Part shown: piece by piece, positions 18,864-27,922 of the stretch
Layout: every line of letters begins with the position of its first letter
Numbering within the stretch: the first letter of the stretch is position 1
Source of the DNA: an uncultured Elusimicrobia bacterium
Lineage (GTDB): Bacteria > Elusimicrobiota > Endomicrobiia > Endomicrobiales > CAIRNS01
Assembly: GCA_903880015.1 (NCBI GenBank)
Contig: CAIRNS010000022.1
Span: 5,544 to 69,543 of the forward strand
DNA: 64,000 bases
Reading direction: 5' to 3'
Position numbers and translations under genes: made by a program
The notes under the pieces: generated by a model
What the model was told of the DNA's origin: nothing
Database searches by the model: none
The model's input: the letters and a program-made list of their open reading frames with translations, nothing else

Positions 18864-20660
18864 TTAAAAATCATTCAATAATTCAAAAGGGACTCGGTTG
18901 TATTGTGGCACCAATAAACATATTTTACTGATATCCCCAGAGAGCAAAAGTGTTCTGTAGCGAAGCATTTTGGCACCGTTCCAGATCTCCCCAAAACCAC
19001 TTTCCAAAAGGTTCCCGACAACAATGCCACAATCACAATGCGCCATTACACTAATAGCGCCATTATATCTAATGCTTGCATTTCTCCACGGTGCAAAACA
19101 CATATTGATCTGAGGATCAACGGGATCTTGGGGATGCGTTTGAGGACCCATTCCTTCAGGCAAACCTATTGGAATCTCTTGATTATCAAAAGCCCGGCTG
19201 AAGATAAATGCACGTGTGATATTGGTATAAAATGATATTTCAATGCCATGACACAGCAATTTTGCTTCTTCAAGCATGTCAATAATATTTTGACGGACAT
19301 CGTAATCACAGGAAAGCAAATCTTCCGGATCATCAAACCGAAAACACTGTATATGCACAAATCGTATCCCTATAAACCCATGAGAGAGTGCGAATTGAAC
19401 AAAGTCAGGAATCTGTTGATAATTGGATTTCATAATAACAACAACCATCTTGAGCCCATATGTCTTGTCCATGCGTTTTTTCATTTGATTAATCAAGTTG
19501 ATTGAACTGAGCAAATTCTCAAATCGGGCACCACGGCGAATATACTCATATATTTCCTTTGTTGCCCCATCAATTGAAATTTCAAGAATTATGTTGTTTT
19601 CTATTAATATTTGTGCCATATGCTCATCAATCAACAAACCATTGGATGTTATGCTTTGTTTTATTCCGTATTTCGCCGCCGTAACCATGAGCTCCTCAAA
19701 TCCGTCATATAAAAATACTTCTCCGCCTAACCAAGTCACTTCACTCAAAAAGGGAAATATTGAAAGTATTTCTTTCTTCATATGCGGAGATATTTCCTCA
19801 ACAATATTCTTATCCTGGCCACACATGCGACATCTCAAATTGCACCTGGTAGTAATATGCACTAAAAGCGCAACTGGGAATGATGTTATTTCTGATCGCC
19901 CCTCCGCTATATTCGTTTCACAAAGGATTTGATTATTTATAGCATCTGAAAATTTTCCCTTGCATTGATTAATCAGTTTAATCATTACAAGAGCAACCTT
20001 ATGGCTCCCCACATCATTGCAATATCGCGCGAAACGAAGCACAAGCTGAACATTAGCTGCAATGCGCAATGGGTCAAGAATAAGCAAATCAATACAACTC
20101 CGATTAAGAAAATCCTTAGCCATCATATGGTCAAAAGCGGCAGACAACTGCCGTAAAGTATACAATACACCATTTGACTCAGCATCTTGAGACACAGCAT
20201 AAACTATATCTTGCTGAAATTGGCCTTGCAAATATAATACATTTGCAATTTCTTGCTGTATCTCGCCGCTCTCGAGCTTAACTTTCTCAGATTTGCTCCT
20301 CATTAATAATATATTGCCCATTTCCGCCTGTATATGAACGCTCGCCGGGTCTATCTTTTCTGCCGCACGCAATGCCTGTAATGCATCCCCATAGTCGTCC
20401 CGTTTCGCATAAATCTTGCCTAATAGTATGTGCGCATGGACAAGCCCTTTCTCAGCAACTATGGCCTTGTTTAAACACTCTTCCGCTTCTCCATATTCTT
20501 TCCGCATGTAATGTATTTTCCCTATTTCGAAAAGACATTCCCCGTTATCAGGAAAACGCTTATACAATGACTTGAAAATACACAGAGCCCCTTCTGCATC
20601 ACCTGCCTGCAGAAGCGTCTTGCCTTTTTCAATCATCATTTCTGTCGACATATCGTTCAT
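18864..20660 (-). CDS. TPR-repeat + radical SAM protein with a SPASM/twitch-like C-terminus (paralog B)
   Basis: 598 aa. Motif TRCNLRCRMC, with long identical runs shared with paralog A (WLGGEVFLYDGFEEL, LEISIDGATKEIYE, CFAPWR). It has a shorter TPR array than A. Confidence 0.8.
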   Translation of the reverse strand: MNDMSTEMMIEKGKTLLQAGDAEGALCIFKSLYKRFPDNGECLFEIGKIHYMRKEYGEAEECLNKAIVAEKGLVHAHILLGKIYAKRDDYGDALQALRAAEKIDPASVHIQAEMGNILLMRSKSEKVKLESGEIQQEIANVLYLQGQFQQDIVYAVSQDAESNGVLYTLRQLSAAFDHMMAKDFLNRSCIDLLILDPLRIAANVQLVLRFARYCNDVGSHKVALVMIKLINQCKGKFSDAINNQILCETNIAEGRSEITSFPVALLVHITTRCNLRCRMCGQDKNIVEEISPHMKKEILSIFPFLSEVTWLGGEVFLYDGFEELMVTAAKYGIKQSITSNGLLIDEHMAQILIENNIILEISIDGATKEIYEYIRRGARFENLLSSINLINQMKKRMDKTYGLKMVVVIMKSNYQQIPDFVQFALSHGFIGIRFVHIQCFRFDDPEDLLSCDYDVRQNIIDMLEEAKLLCHGIEISFYTNITRAFIFSRAFDNQEIPIGLPEGMGPQTHPQDPVDPQINMCFAPWRNASIRYNGAISVMAHCDCGIVVGNLLESGFGEIWNGAKMLRYRTLLLSGDISKICLLVPQYNRVPFELLNDF

Positions 20661-21015
20661 AATCGTAGGTGGCTAACCAAAATTGTATACATTACTGTCA
20701 AACTGCAACTTTACACCATCGAGCACATAGGTACTCATATTTTTTATTATACAATATTTCGCTAAAAGGAGGGGAGCGAAAAAACAAAAGAGAATAATAT
20801 GAAAGGATGTATAGGGCAATGTGCTGCTTCATGGATATCTATAGAACTTGACATGATCGTTCGCAACAGCAATGGTGTGCTCAGCTTGAAATTTTACCAG
20901 TAAAGTGATATGTGTCAAGGGATGTTACGCTGGAAGCAATGACTGGAGGAAGGGCGAAAAATGAAAGCTGAAAGATAGCTTAACTTATGCTAAATTCTTC
21001 CTATGAAATATATTT

Positions 21016-21897
21016 CTAAAATTCAAAGAAACTACCGACGCTTGCTCGGAGGTCGTCGTAGCCGTCTTTCATGGTTATACATTGCGCGCCACCCATCAGA
21101 CCCATGCGTGCGGTAAGCCAGTGACGATGGCGGAGATCGAACGAATCAACATTATTTCTCACCTCTTGTGATGGGAAAACCGTAGTTGCGGTATAGCCGG
21201 TAATGCCGTGTGATATCGTCAGATATGTCCACTGTTTTCCTTCGGCGCCAACCGCTGCCGAGAGCTGATGCGAATAGGTAACCACGCTGCCCGGTTCGCT
21301 TTTATTTTGAAATATCCGGTACCCGCACAACCAGCCGGCGCCATAATATGTGCCGGCAGCCGACAGCAAGAGGTCCTCGTACGGGATGTGGTAGGTTATA
21401 TAACTTACACCGAGTGTCGCAACAATATTTTTGACATGACCCAACTTTACATTGAAATCCGTATCGAGACGGAGTTTTGGCAAATAATCAACGACTGTTC
21501 CTGCTGAAATAGACGAATAAGTATACACCCGTGGAGACCAGTCCCGGTAGCCGCCAATCCCCCCCTGTACCCCATCGCCTTCCTGACGCCTAAACATCCC
21601 CAGCTCGGCAAACCACACAAAGCCCGGCTTATTAAAAGTAAAAAGATCGATGACCACATCTTTCCGGCTGCCGTAAAGAGAATCGGGCGACAGCTGTTCA
21701 TATGAAACCGTCTCCTCAAGCCGGTGAGTCCGGGTAATGAGTCCCTGCACCGCTGTCGGCGCGGTGATCGTTAGCCCGGGTTGATTAACCGGAACCTGGA
21801 CACCGTAAACCTGCGACGCATGCAGAAGAATAAGACAGAACATCACTGCCAAGCCGCTGCTCCCGCCCGCCTGAAACATCACGCGCACTTTGTTCAT
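21016..21897 (-). CDS. Outer-membrane beta-barrel protein (last gene of the EPS operon)
   Basis: 293 aa. Signal peptide, alternating aromatic/Gly-rich strands, C-terminal ...GSFFEF (terminal Phe). ATGA overlap with the upstream gene. Confidence 0.6.
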   Translation of the reverse strand: MNKVRVMFQAGGSSGLAVMFCLILLHASQVYGVQVPVNQPGLTITAPTAVQGLITRTHRLEETVSYEQLSPDSLYGSRKDVVIDLFTFNKPGFVWFAELGMFRRQEGDGVQGGIGGYRDWSPRVYTYSSISAGTVVDYLPKLRLDTDFNVKLGHVKNIVATLGVSYITYHIPYEDLLLSAAGTYYGAGWLCGYRIFQNKSEPGSVVTYSHQLSAAVGAEGKQWTYLTISHGITGYTATTVFPSQEVRNNVDSFDLRHRHWLTARMGLMGGAQCITMKDGYDDLRASVGSFFEF

Positions 21898-23726
21898 GAT
21901 CGCCCCTCAATGAGATTGAGTGTAGCAGTTGTAGCCGTTGTCGATATAAAAGTAAGATAGTAATACTCTTCGTCTTCATGAATACTGCCGGCACCGGAAG
22001 GCGGCCGCATGAAGCGGGAACGCGGAATGGCAAGCGTCATATCGAAGATTCCCTCGGGATTTGAAACGATTGCAGTCATCCCCCCAGGGACGCGCGTAAA
22101 GAGGGAGGATGTCCGAATGAAGCGTTGCAAAAATGCCGCAAAATAACTCATGGAGCGAACCCGCACTGACCCTTCGCTTTGACGCCGTTCGGCGTAATCA
22201 AGGAATTCCTTCAATGCACGGGGATAATCGTACATGTCGTAGGGATGGGAATAGAACAGGCGCACCGTACGATGATCGACGATGTAATCGACAATCCCGC
22301 GCAGCCATGCCGCAACTTCGGGTTCTGGTACACCCGTCACCTTCATTTCATGCAGAGAAGCTTCTTTGCCAAACGGCAGAATGGGAAAAGCAATGACGCT
22401 GGTGGACACCATAACGCCATTGATAAAAGTCCGATTCGGGGAGGACCCGCAGTCCCCGGTATAGTAATATGAGCCCATGCCCAAGCGCTCCAACACCCTG
22501 GTCAGGATTGGCTGGGGATGCACTCCCCGCGGCGCTGAATACTCATCAATCTTGGTGCCGGTTATGTGCGACAGCGTCTCGTTATTCTTATTGACGTATT
22601 GCGTAATCTCCTGTTCACTCAAGGTGTTTGACGATAATTGCTCGGCAAACCAGTTGTGAGCCCATCCGCCGTGGGAACCAATGACGCCGTACGGGCGTAG
22701 CATACGGATAAACGGCGCACCTTTGCCGCCCGCATCGAAACCTAACCCGTCACCGGGCGCATCTCTAAAATCACCGGCGGTGATATGCAGGGAGTAATCC
22801 ATTCCCTGACGGAGATATTTCCGGTCTATCATTGCCGGAATACTCTTCCAATCGATGCTCGAATCAATGTGCCAGTTAATGACTAGTCCGCCTTGCCCTC
22901 CCGGCGCGTTCAGCATGTGAAGAATTCCTACCGTGCGCAACAGAAAAGAACGCAGGATAACCCGCAACGGCAAATCGTCAGAAAACCCTTTAAGAACCCC
23001 CAGCGAGAGATTGACATACATCACCGAACCTTTCCCTATGGACCGCTGTACCAAGCCGGGAAAGCGTGTGTTGCCTATTTCCGCGTAAGCGTACACATCC
23101 CGGTCTTCCAAACGCGGATCAGCAAGGGTGCGCGCCATAGGATATGTCAGCGAACCGTAGGCGTAGCCGCTCAATAAAACCCCCTGAGACGCTTTGCCGG
23201 GCGGGATTTCAAAAGCCCGGGCACTCGCACTGTCTTTGAATTTGAAATAACCGTCACCGTAGGATTTCTCCCGCAATGCCTGATACTGAAGATAGTTGAC
23301 TTGCACGAGATCGGCGAAGAGTGGCTTCTTGAGAAAATGACCGCGCTGGTCGCGGATACCGGGATCAAAGACCACGAGGGCACGACCACCGGCACGGATG
23401 TATGCTTCAATCCAAAACGCCATATCAGAGGGCAACTTCTGGGAAATCGCATCAGGAAGGATGATCGCCGGCGTCATTTCAACGGCAGCGGCGGGATGGA
23501 ATCCAAGTAGCCAGGGGGCATCCACCAGACGATAGGGAATGCCCTCTTCGCGCAGCACACTCTCATACGCCGAGCGCACATTGCGTTCTCCTTGCGTGGG
23601 ACAGTCCCCGCACACAACGAATACCGAGTAATCTTTCGTCAGGCGGTCTGACCGCCAGAGGATTAATCCACCGTACACACCCAGCGCAATGATAAAAAAG
23701 GTGATGATTATCTTTTGCTTGTTCAT
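21894..23726 (-). CDS. Membrane-anchored periplasmic protein with divergent CE4/NodB-like (polysaccharide deacetylase) motifs
   Basis: 610 aa. N-terminal TM, then ordered INWHIDS, IGSHGGWAHNWF and RLFYSHPYD, which resemble the Asp / His-His / His motifs of CE4 enzymes. The assignment is tentative. Confidence 0.4.
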   Translation of the reverse strand: MNKQKIIITFFIIALGVYGGLILWRSDRLTKDYSVFVVCGDCPTQGERNVRSAYESVLREEGIPYRLVDAPWLLGFHPAAAVEMTPAIILPDAISQKLPSDMAFWIEAYIRAGGRALVVFDPGIRDQRGHFLKKPLFADLVQVNYLQYQALREKSYGDGYFKFKDSASARAFEIPPGKASQGVLLSGYAYGSLTYPMARTLADPRLEDRDVYAYAEIGNTRFPGLVQRSIGKGSVMYVNLSLGVLKGFSDDLPLRVILRSFLLRTVGILHMLNAPGGQGGLVINWHIDSSIDWKSIPAMIDRKYLRQGMDYSLHITAGDFRDAPGDGLGFDAGGKGAPFIRMLRPYGVIGSHGGWAHNWFAEQLSSNTLSEQEITQYVNKNNETLSHITGTKIDEYSAPRGVHPQPILTRVLERLGMGSYYYTGDCGSSPNRTFINGVMVSTSVIAFPILPFGKEASLHEMKVTGVPEPEVAAWLRGIVDYIVDHRTVRLFYSHPYDMYDYPRALKEFLDYAERRQSEGSVRVRSMSYFAAFLQRFIRTSSLFTRVPGGMTAIVSNPEGIFDMTLAIPRSRFMRPPSGAGSIHEDEEYYYLTFISTTATTATLNLIEGRS

Positions 23727-24901
23727 GGAATAACTTCCCCATCTCTCTCAGAAAACGCCGTGCCGTATATAATCACTCCCCCCGAAAGAAAAAGCTTATC
23801 TTTTCCGATTACTGAACGCACGGAACCGGGTTCGCCGACAATGGTGCCCGACCCAAGAAGGATTTGATGCTGCGAAAAGATATCCCCCCCTATTCGGCAG
23901 TCCTGCGCAGTCAGCACACCGGATTCGGCAAATATGCTTCCTTCAACAACGGCTCCTGCCTCCAACCCAACCGTTCCGCTCGCAGTAATGCTGCCTCGTA
24001 CGCGGCTGCCGGCACCGACGACAATATTGGTCTTTGCAATGATGTCTTTCTCTACGGTCACCCCCGGAGGCAACGAAAAACCATCGCGGTTGATGTACCA
24101 GGCATGTGAACGGATATCACCGCCGGGTACAATGGCCGGCCGTTCAGAATGAGACGGAGCGATCTGTATGGGCGCTCCTGACAGGGATTTGAAAAGGCAT
24201 CCTTGCCCCAACAAAAGAGTTTTTCCGCTCACTACCTGCACACCCAGAATGCACTCATCCCCCGCGGTAATATCACCATCGGCTCCCGCCCATCGAGAGA
24301 GAGAAGCCCGCCGCCCCAGGGTAAGCGATCCTCTCACCGATATAGCGCGCAGCAAGGTGTCGTGACCCAACTGAGCGGACCCGGCTACGATCAATTCTTT
24401 TTCAAAAACTATGCCAACTCCTGTTTCAATATCGCCGTTAACATACACGATAGTTTCAAATGTCCGCGGATCCATTACGCGCCGGGCACCACTAACCTCT
24501 ATCTTTTCCGTTTTTGAGAGCATCACCACCCGCACATCAGATATCGTCACATCGCCGATTACAGGGCACAGCTTTTCCAGAAAAGCGCGCTCGAAATACC
24601 GAAACTCCTTGGTATACTCCATATCAACGGTTTGCGCCTGTATATCCCGGGGATGGAGTAATTCCCGGATGGCCGCGTAAAATGGCAGTACTATCATGGC
24701 TGCCATGACCAGTACCAGTAACCAAAACAGCTCAGGAACGGTGAAAATATATTGCATAAACTGCAAGAATTTCTCATGGAAGGGCAGCATCTGAGAAGGT
24801 TCTCCATCAGCGGCTATAACACGGGGAACAATAATCGCGAGAAACAGCAGAAATCCTGCTCCAGCCGTTATGATTTTCGGAAGCGTTCTGTTTTTTGCCA
24901 T
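23723..24901 (-). CDS. Membrane-anchored bactofilin-like / beta-helix repeat protein
   Basis: 392 aa with two N-terminal TM helices. These are followed by long runs of short G/V/I-rich repeats (GSITASGTVGLEAGAVVEGSIFAESGVLTA...) typical of polymer-forming bactofilin-like beta-helices. Confidence 0.5.
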   Translation of the reverse strand: MAKNRTLPKIITAGAGFLLFLAIIVPRVIAADGEPSQMLPFHEKFLQFMQYIFTVPELFWLLVLVMAAMIVLPFYAAIRELLHPRDIQAQTVDMEYTKEFRYFERAFLEKLCPVIGDVTISDVRVVMLSKTEKIEVSGARRVMDPRTFETIVYVNGDIETGVGIVFEKELIVAGSAQLGHDTLLRAISVRGSLTLGRRASLSRWAGADGDITAGDECILGVQVVSGKTLLLGQGCLFKSLSGAPIQIAPSHSERPAIVPGGDIRSHAWYINRDGFSLPPGVTVEKDIIAKTNIVVGAGSRVRGSITASGTVGLEAGAVVEGSIFAESGVLTAQDCRIGGDIFSQHQILLGSGTIVGEPGSVRSVIGKDKLFLSGGVIIYGTAFSERDGEVIP

Positions 24902-26124
24902 AGACCCGTCCTTCCAAATAGTATATCGATAATTGCGTCAAATGAGCCGTGCGCCGTGTAGAGCATGTTGAAAAGAAAATTAAACAGTACAAATGGCAGC
25001 AAACGAATGCGATCGGTAAATCCATCCAGAAACGATGCCGTCCCCACCTGATAGAACGGTGCGAAATTCCCAAATATATTAAACATTGCGACCGCTAAAA
25101 AAATAAACATGCTGTCCAAAAGGCGAACCTGGTCAAGAAAAAAGAGTGTTACCGCGTCAGCGATGCCTACCATGAGCAACAACGGCACCAAATAAATAAA
25201 CAACAACAGAACACCGTCGAATTTAGTCACAGGGGATAAGTACGCTGAGCGCAGCATCGCGCCCATATAGCGAAACATGACCTGACAATGCCCCCGTGCC
25301 CAGCGGCGGATCTGCCGGCCCCGGACATCCCAATCCTCCGGCACTTCTTCATAACACTCTATTCGGTTATTATAAAGCACCTGCCACCCGTTTATCAGCA
25401 GCCGGAATGTGAGCTCTGTATCCTCAGTCAAACTGTCCGGACTAAATCCTCCCAGTTCCCGCACTATATCTTTGCGGAATCCGCCAACCGTCCCGCCGAA
25501 CTGAGGTATCAAGTGCATGTTCTGACGCGCCTGCTGATCAACCTGGTACCCGGCGGAACGTTCAAGCGCGAGCAGTTTCGTTAAGAGATTCGTCTGTGCG
25601 TTCTCAGGGATGACTCTGCCCATCACCGCACCGACAACCGGATTCTTAAAACACACCGCGAGCGAACGCACAATGCCCTGCGGTGGAAGATAATCCGCGT
25701 CGAACAAAATGATGATATCCCCCCGCGCCCGAATCAGCGCCTCGTTGAGTGCCGCCGATTTTCCCCGTCGGCCGGAAGACCGGTGCAGCGGACGAATGTA
25801 CGGAAACTTTGCCGCATACTGGTCAAGTATCGCCACCGTCCCATCCGTCGAATGATCATTGATCGGAATAACTTCAAATAAAGATTGAGGATAATCAATG
25901 ACCGACAGAAGATCCAAAATATTCCGGGCGACTTTCTCCTCGTTGTGCATGGGTACCATCACGGTCACCGAGGGAAGATCGGAATCCATTATATCAGGAT
26001 AATGTGTGTATTGAATACCTGAAAGCCGGTTCATACTGAATATAAGATGACGCAGGATATAGATGAGTATCACAACGATGAGGAAAACCATGTACGCTCT
26101 GAGAAGAATCAGGAGCATTGCCAT
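24868..26124 (-). CDS. Processive family-2 glycosyltransferase (PgaC/IcaA/cellulose-synthase-like)
   Basis: 418 aa. Motifs VMVPMHNEE, DHSTDGT, FDADY (DxD), TEDTEL, QIRRWARG (QxxRW). TM helices flank the catalytic domain. Confidence 0.85.
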   Translation of the reverse strand: MAMLLILLRAYMVFLIVVILIYILRHLIFSMNRLSGIQYTHYPDIMDSDLPSVTVMVPMHNEEKVARNILDLLSVIDYPQSLFEVIPINDHSTDGTVAILDQYAAKFPYIRPLHRSSGRRGKSAALNEALIRARGDIIILFDADYLPPQGIVRSLAVCFKNPVVGAVMGRVIPENAQTNLLTKLLALERSAGYQVDQQARQNMHLIPQFGGTVGGFRKDIVRELGGFSPDSLTEDTELTFRLLINGWQVLYNNRIECYEEVPEDWDVRGRQIRRWARGHCQVMFRYMGAMLRSAYLSPVTKFDGVLLLFIYLVPLLLMVGIADAVTLFFLDQVRLLDSMFIFLAVAMFNIFGNFAPFYQVGTASFLDGFTDRIRLLPFVLFNFLFNMLYTAHGSFDAIIDILFGRTGLWQKTERFRKS

Positions 26125-26906
26125 ATATCTGAATCCTTCCGGTAGCGTTTGGAAACGATGCTCATATAGATCGAATAAATACCCACAATATAGATAGTAT
26201 CCAACGGAGGATCAAAAGCAATGAACATCGGCGCCATATATACATAACTGTAGTGGCCGATGATATATAAAAAAATAACATATCTGGCCAATCCGAATAT
26301 AAGCGAATATAATAGCGCCAGGGCGATTATCCCCATGCGCTCCGCCAGCGAGGATGGCAGCATCAGCAGCGACATGGACAGGATCAGCGGGATAGTACAC
26401 CATATCCCCAGCTCCGTCTTGATATACAAATCGGAGAACCCCTCAATATTGTAGGGAAACCGTTCGGGAGTAAATAGAAAGAACAACGAGGATATCAGCG
26501 TGATGAGAAGAACAAAAGAAACATACACCGAAACTGATCGGGCGATACCGCGCATACTCATCAAGACTACAACGCCGATAATGGACACCAACGAGAGTCC
26601 AACGCAGTACAACGGAGTGGGGTATGATCCCATCAGCACGATGAGCGACAAATTACCGAACAGAGGATAAGGCGTATTAACAACCCCCACACTGTTACCA
26701 AATGATAGGCGTAAAAAATGCTGAGCAGCCGCATTAAAAAAATACAGGATGGTCGGTGTAAGAAAAATGATGAGCGCGACAAAGGGGAGTGACATTGCAA
26801 AAAAATCGAACAACTGACGAGAACGGATCCGTTCGCTCAGTTTTCTGTACGCACGATGACAATACATAATATCTTTGGCAATGGTCATAGTGAGCAAAAA
26901 CTCCAT
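26109..26906 (-). CDS. Polytopic integral membrane protein, first gene of the EPS operon
   Basis: 265 aa with about 7-8 hydrophobic helices. I recognise no catalytic motif. It overlaps the GT2 start by 16 nt. Confidence 0.5.
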   Translation of the reverse strand: MEFLLTMTIAKDIMYCHRAYRKLSERIRSRQLFDFFAMSLPFVALIIFLTPTILYFFNAAAQHFLRLSFGNSVGVVNTPYPLFGNLSLIVLMGSYPTPLYCVGLSLVSIIGVVVLMSMRGIARSVSVYVSFVLLITLISSLFFLFTPERFPYNIEGFSDLYIKTELGIWCTIPLILSMSLLMLPSSLAERMGIIALALLYSLIFGLARYVIFLYIIGHYSYVYMAPMFIAFDPPLDTIYIVGIYSIYMSIVSKRYRKDSDIWQCS

Positions 26907-26935
26907 GTTTTCTGAAGTGATGAATAGCCAAATAG

Positions 26936-26944
26936 ATTATACCA
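26936..26944 (-). promoter_or_regulatory. Extended -10 promoter element upstream of the EPS operon
   Basis: Minus strand TGGTATAAT (TGnTATAAT), about 30 nt upstream of the ATG at 26906. No good -35 box. Confidence 0.35.
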
Positions 26945-27166
26945 TTTATAAACAAAAGTGATGCCAATTTTGCGCACAAATCATCTCCCCTGTAGCCGTC
27001 GAATCAGTATCCGAGCATAAGAAAGGAGAAAAAAGAAAAAACAGGATTTCTTGGTAATTTTATCAATATAATCGGCGAGAAGAAGAGCAAAAGATGCACT
27101 TCAGAATATTTCCGTCTTATTGCGGGGAAACAATACCACCCAATGCTATATACTGCGAAAAATATA

Positions 27167-27751
27167 CTACCGCATTGCCTGTACGATCCGCTGGGTGTGC
27201 TGCAAATATGCGGCGCGGTTTTTTTCTGAAGTTGAGGGGACTGAACCAAACCATGCGTGGTTTTTTACTTTCATCTTACAGAACTTGAAAATACCGCCGT
27301 CACTTGTTTTGCTCATGGCGCTTAACACGCGGGTTATACGGTAATATAAGGAAGGGGCCCCGGTTGTTGAGAACAGATAAGCTTCCTTGCCCGCAAGCTT
27401 AAACGACGGCATATCCTTAAAGTCATAGGAATACGCGAAACCAAGAGTCAATACGCGGTCAAAATACCCTTTCAGCAGCGCCGGGATACCTGTCCACCAG
27501 ACGGGATAAATGACAATGACTCTCTCAGCCCAGAGTAAATGGCTTTGTTCCACAGCTATATCGTCAGCAACGCGCTTGTTTTGCAGGTCGATGAAATCCG
27601 CCGGCTGCTTCACCGGGCTAAATCCGATACCATAGAGATCGCGCACCACAATCTCCTGCCCCTTGGCTTTTAGCTGCATCATCACCGTCTCAAGAATTGC
27701 GTGATTAAAACTTTTGGGATTCGGATGACAGTAAATAATGAGATTTCTCAC
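27167..27751 (-). CDS. Flavodoxin-like-fold NAD(P)H oxidoreductase (quinone reductase / azoreductase-like)
   Basis: Motif NLIIYCHPNPKSFNHAI. The track start at 27766 is a TTG that actually forms part of a GAGGAG Shine-Dalgarno (27759-27764), 7 nt upstream of the GTG at 27749-27751. That GTG is the likely true start. Confidence 0.8.
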   Translation of the reverse strand: MRNLIIYCHPNPKSFNHAILETVMMQLKAKGQEIVVRDLYGIGFSPVKQPADFIDLQNKRVADDIAVEQSHLLWAERVIVIYPVWWTGIPALLKGYFDRVLTLGFAYSYDFKDMPSFKLAGKEAYLFSTTGAPSLYYRITRVLSAMSKTSDGGIFKFCKMKVKNHAWFGSVPSTSEKNRAAYLQHTQRIVQAMR

Positions 27752-27818
27752 GATTTTTCTCCTCAACGAGCATTCGTTTACCTTGAAATACTATACATCC
27801 GTCATGATTGTTTTTTTG

Positions 27819-27847
27819 ATTATACAAATATTATTTCTCGACTGCAA
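27819..27847 (-). promoter_or_regulatory. sigma70-type promoter for the oxidoreductase gene
   Basis: Minus strand: TTGCAG (27842-27847), N17, TATAAT (27819-27824). Confidence 0.45.
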
Positions 27848-27922
27848 CATACAATTATCCTTATATTATTGTTGTTGTGCGGATTGGCTTTGGTTAGAGT
27901 TTCTATAATTGACCGGAAGGAA

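Noticed and set aside
20765-20774. A strong Shine-Dalgarno-like AAAGGAGGGG on the plus strand, upstream of the 34-aa ORF.
   Set aside because: GGAGG (20768-20772) is 26 nt from the ATG at 20799. No ATG, GTG or TTG lies 4-12 nt downstream, and an in-frame TAA sits at 20763-20765. It cannot serve as that ORF's ribosome-binding site.
20945-20978. A plus-strand mini-ORF MKAER (20961-20978) with a well-spaced GGAGGA (20945-20950).
   Set aside because: It is only 5 codons long and convergent with the end of the OM-barrel gene. No downstream plus-strand gene exists for it to regulate, so it is most likely chance.
26109-26906. Considered calling the first EPS-operon gene an exosortase/archaeosortase-like protein, based on its size and about 8 TM helices.
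   Set aside because: I could not find the conserved Cys/Arg/His catalytic arrangement, and no PEP-CTERM-type substrate is evident. It remains a generic polytopic membrane protein.
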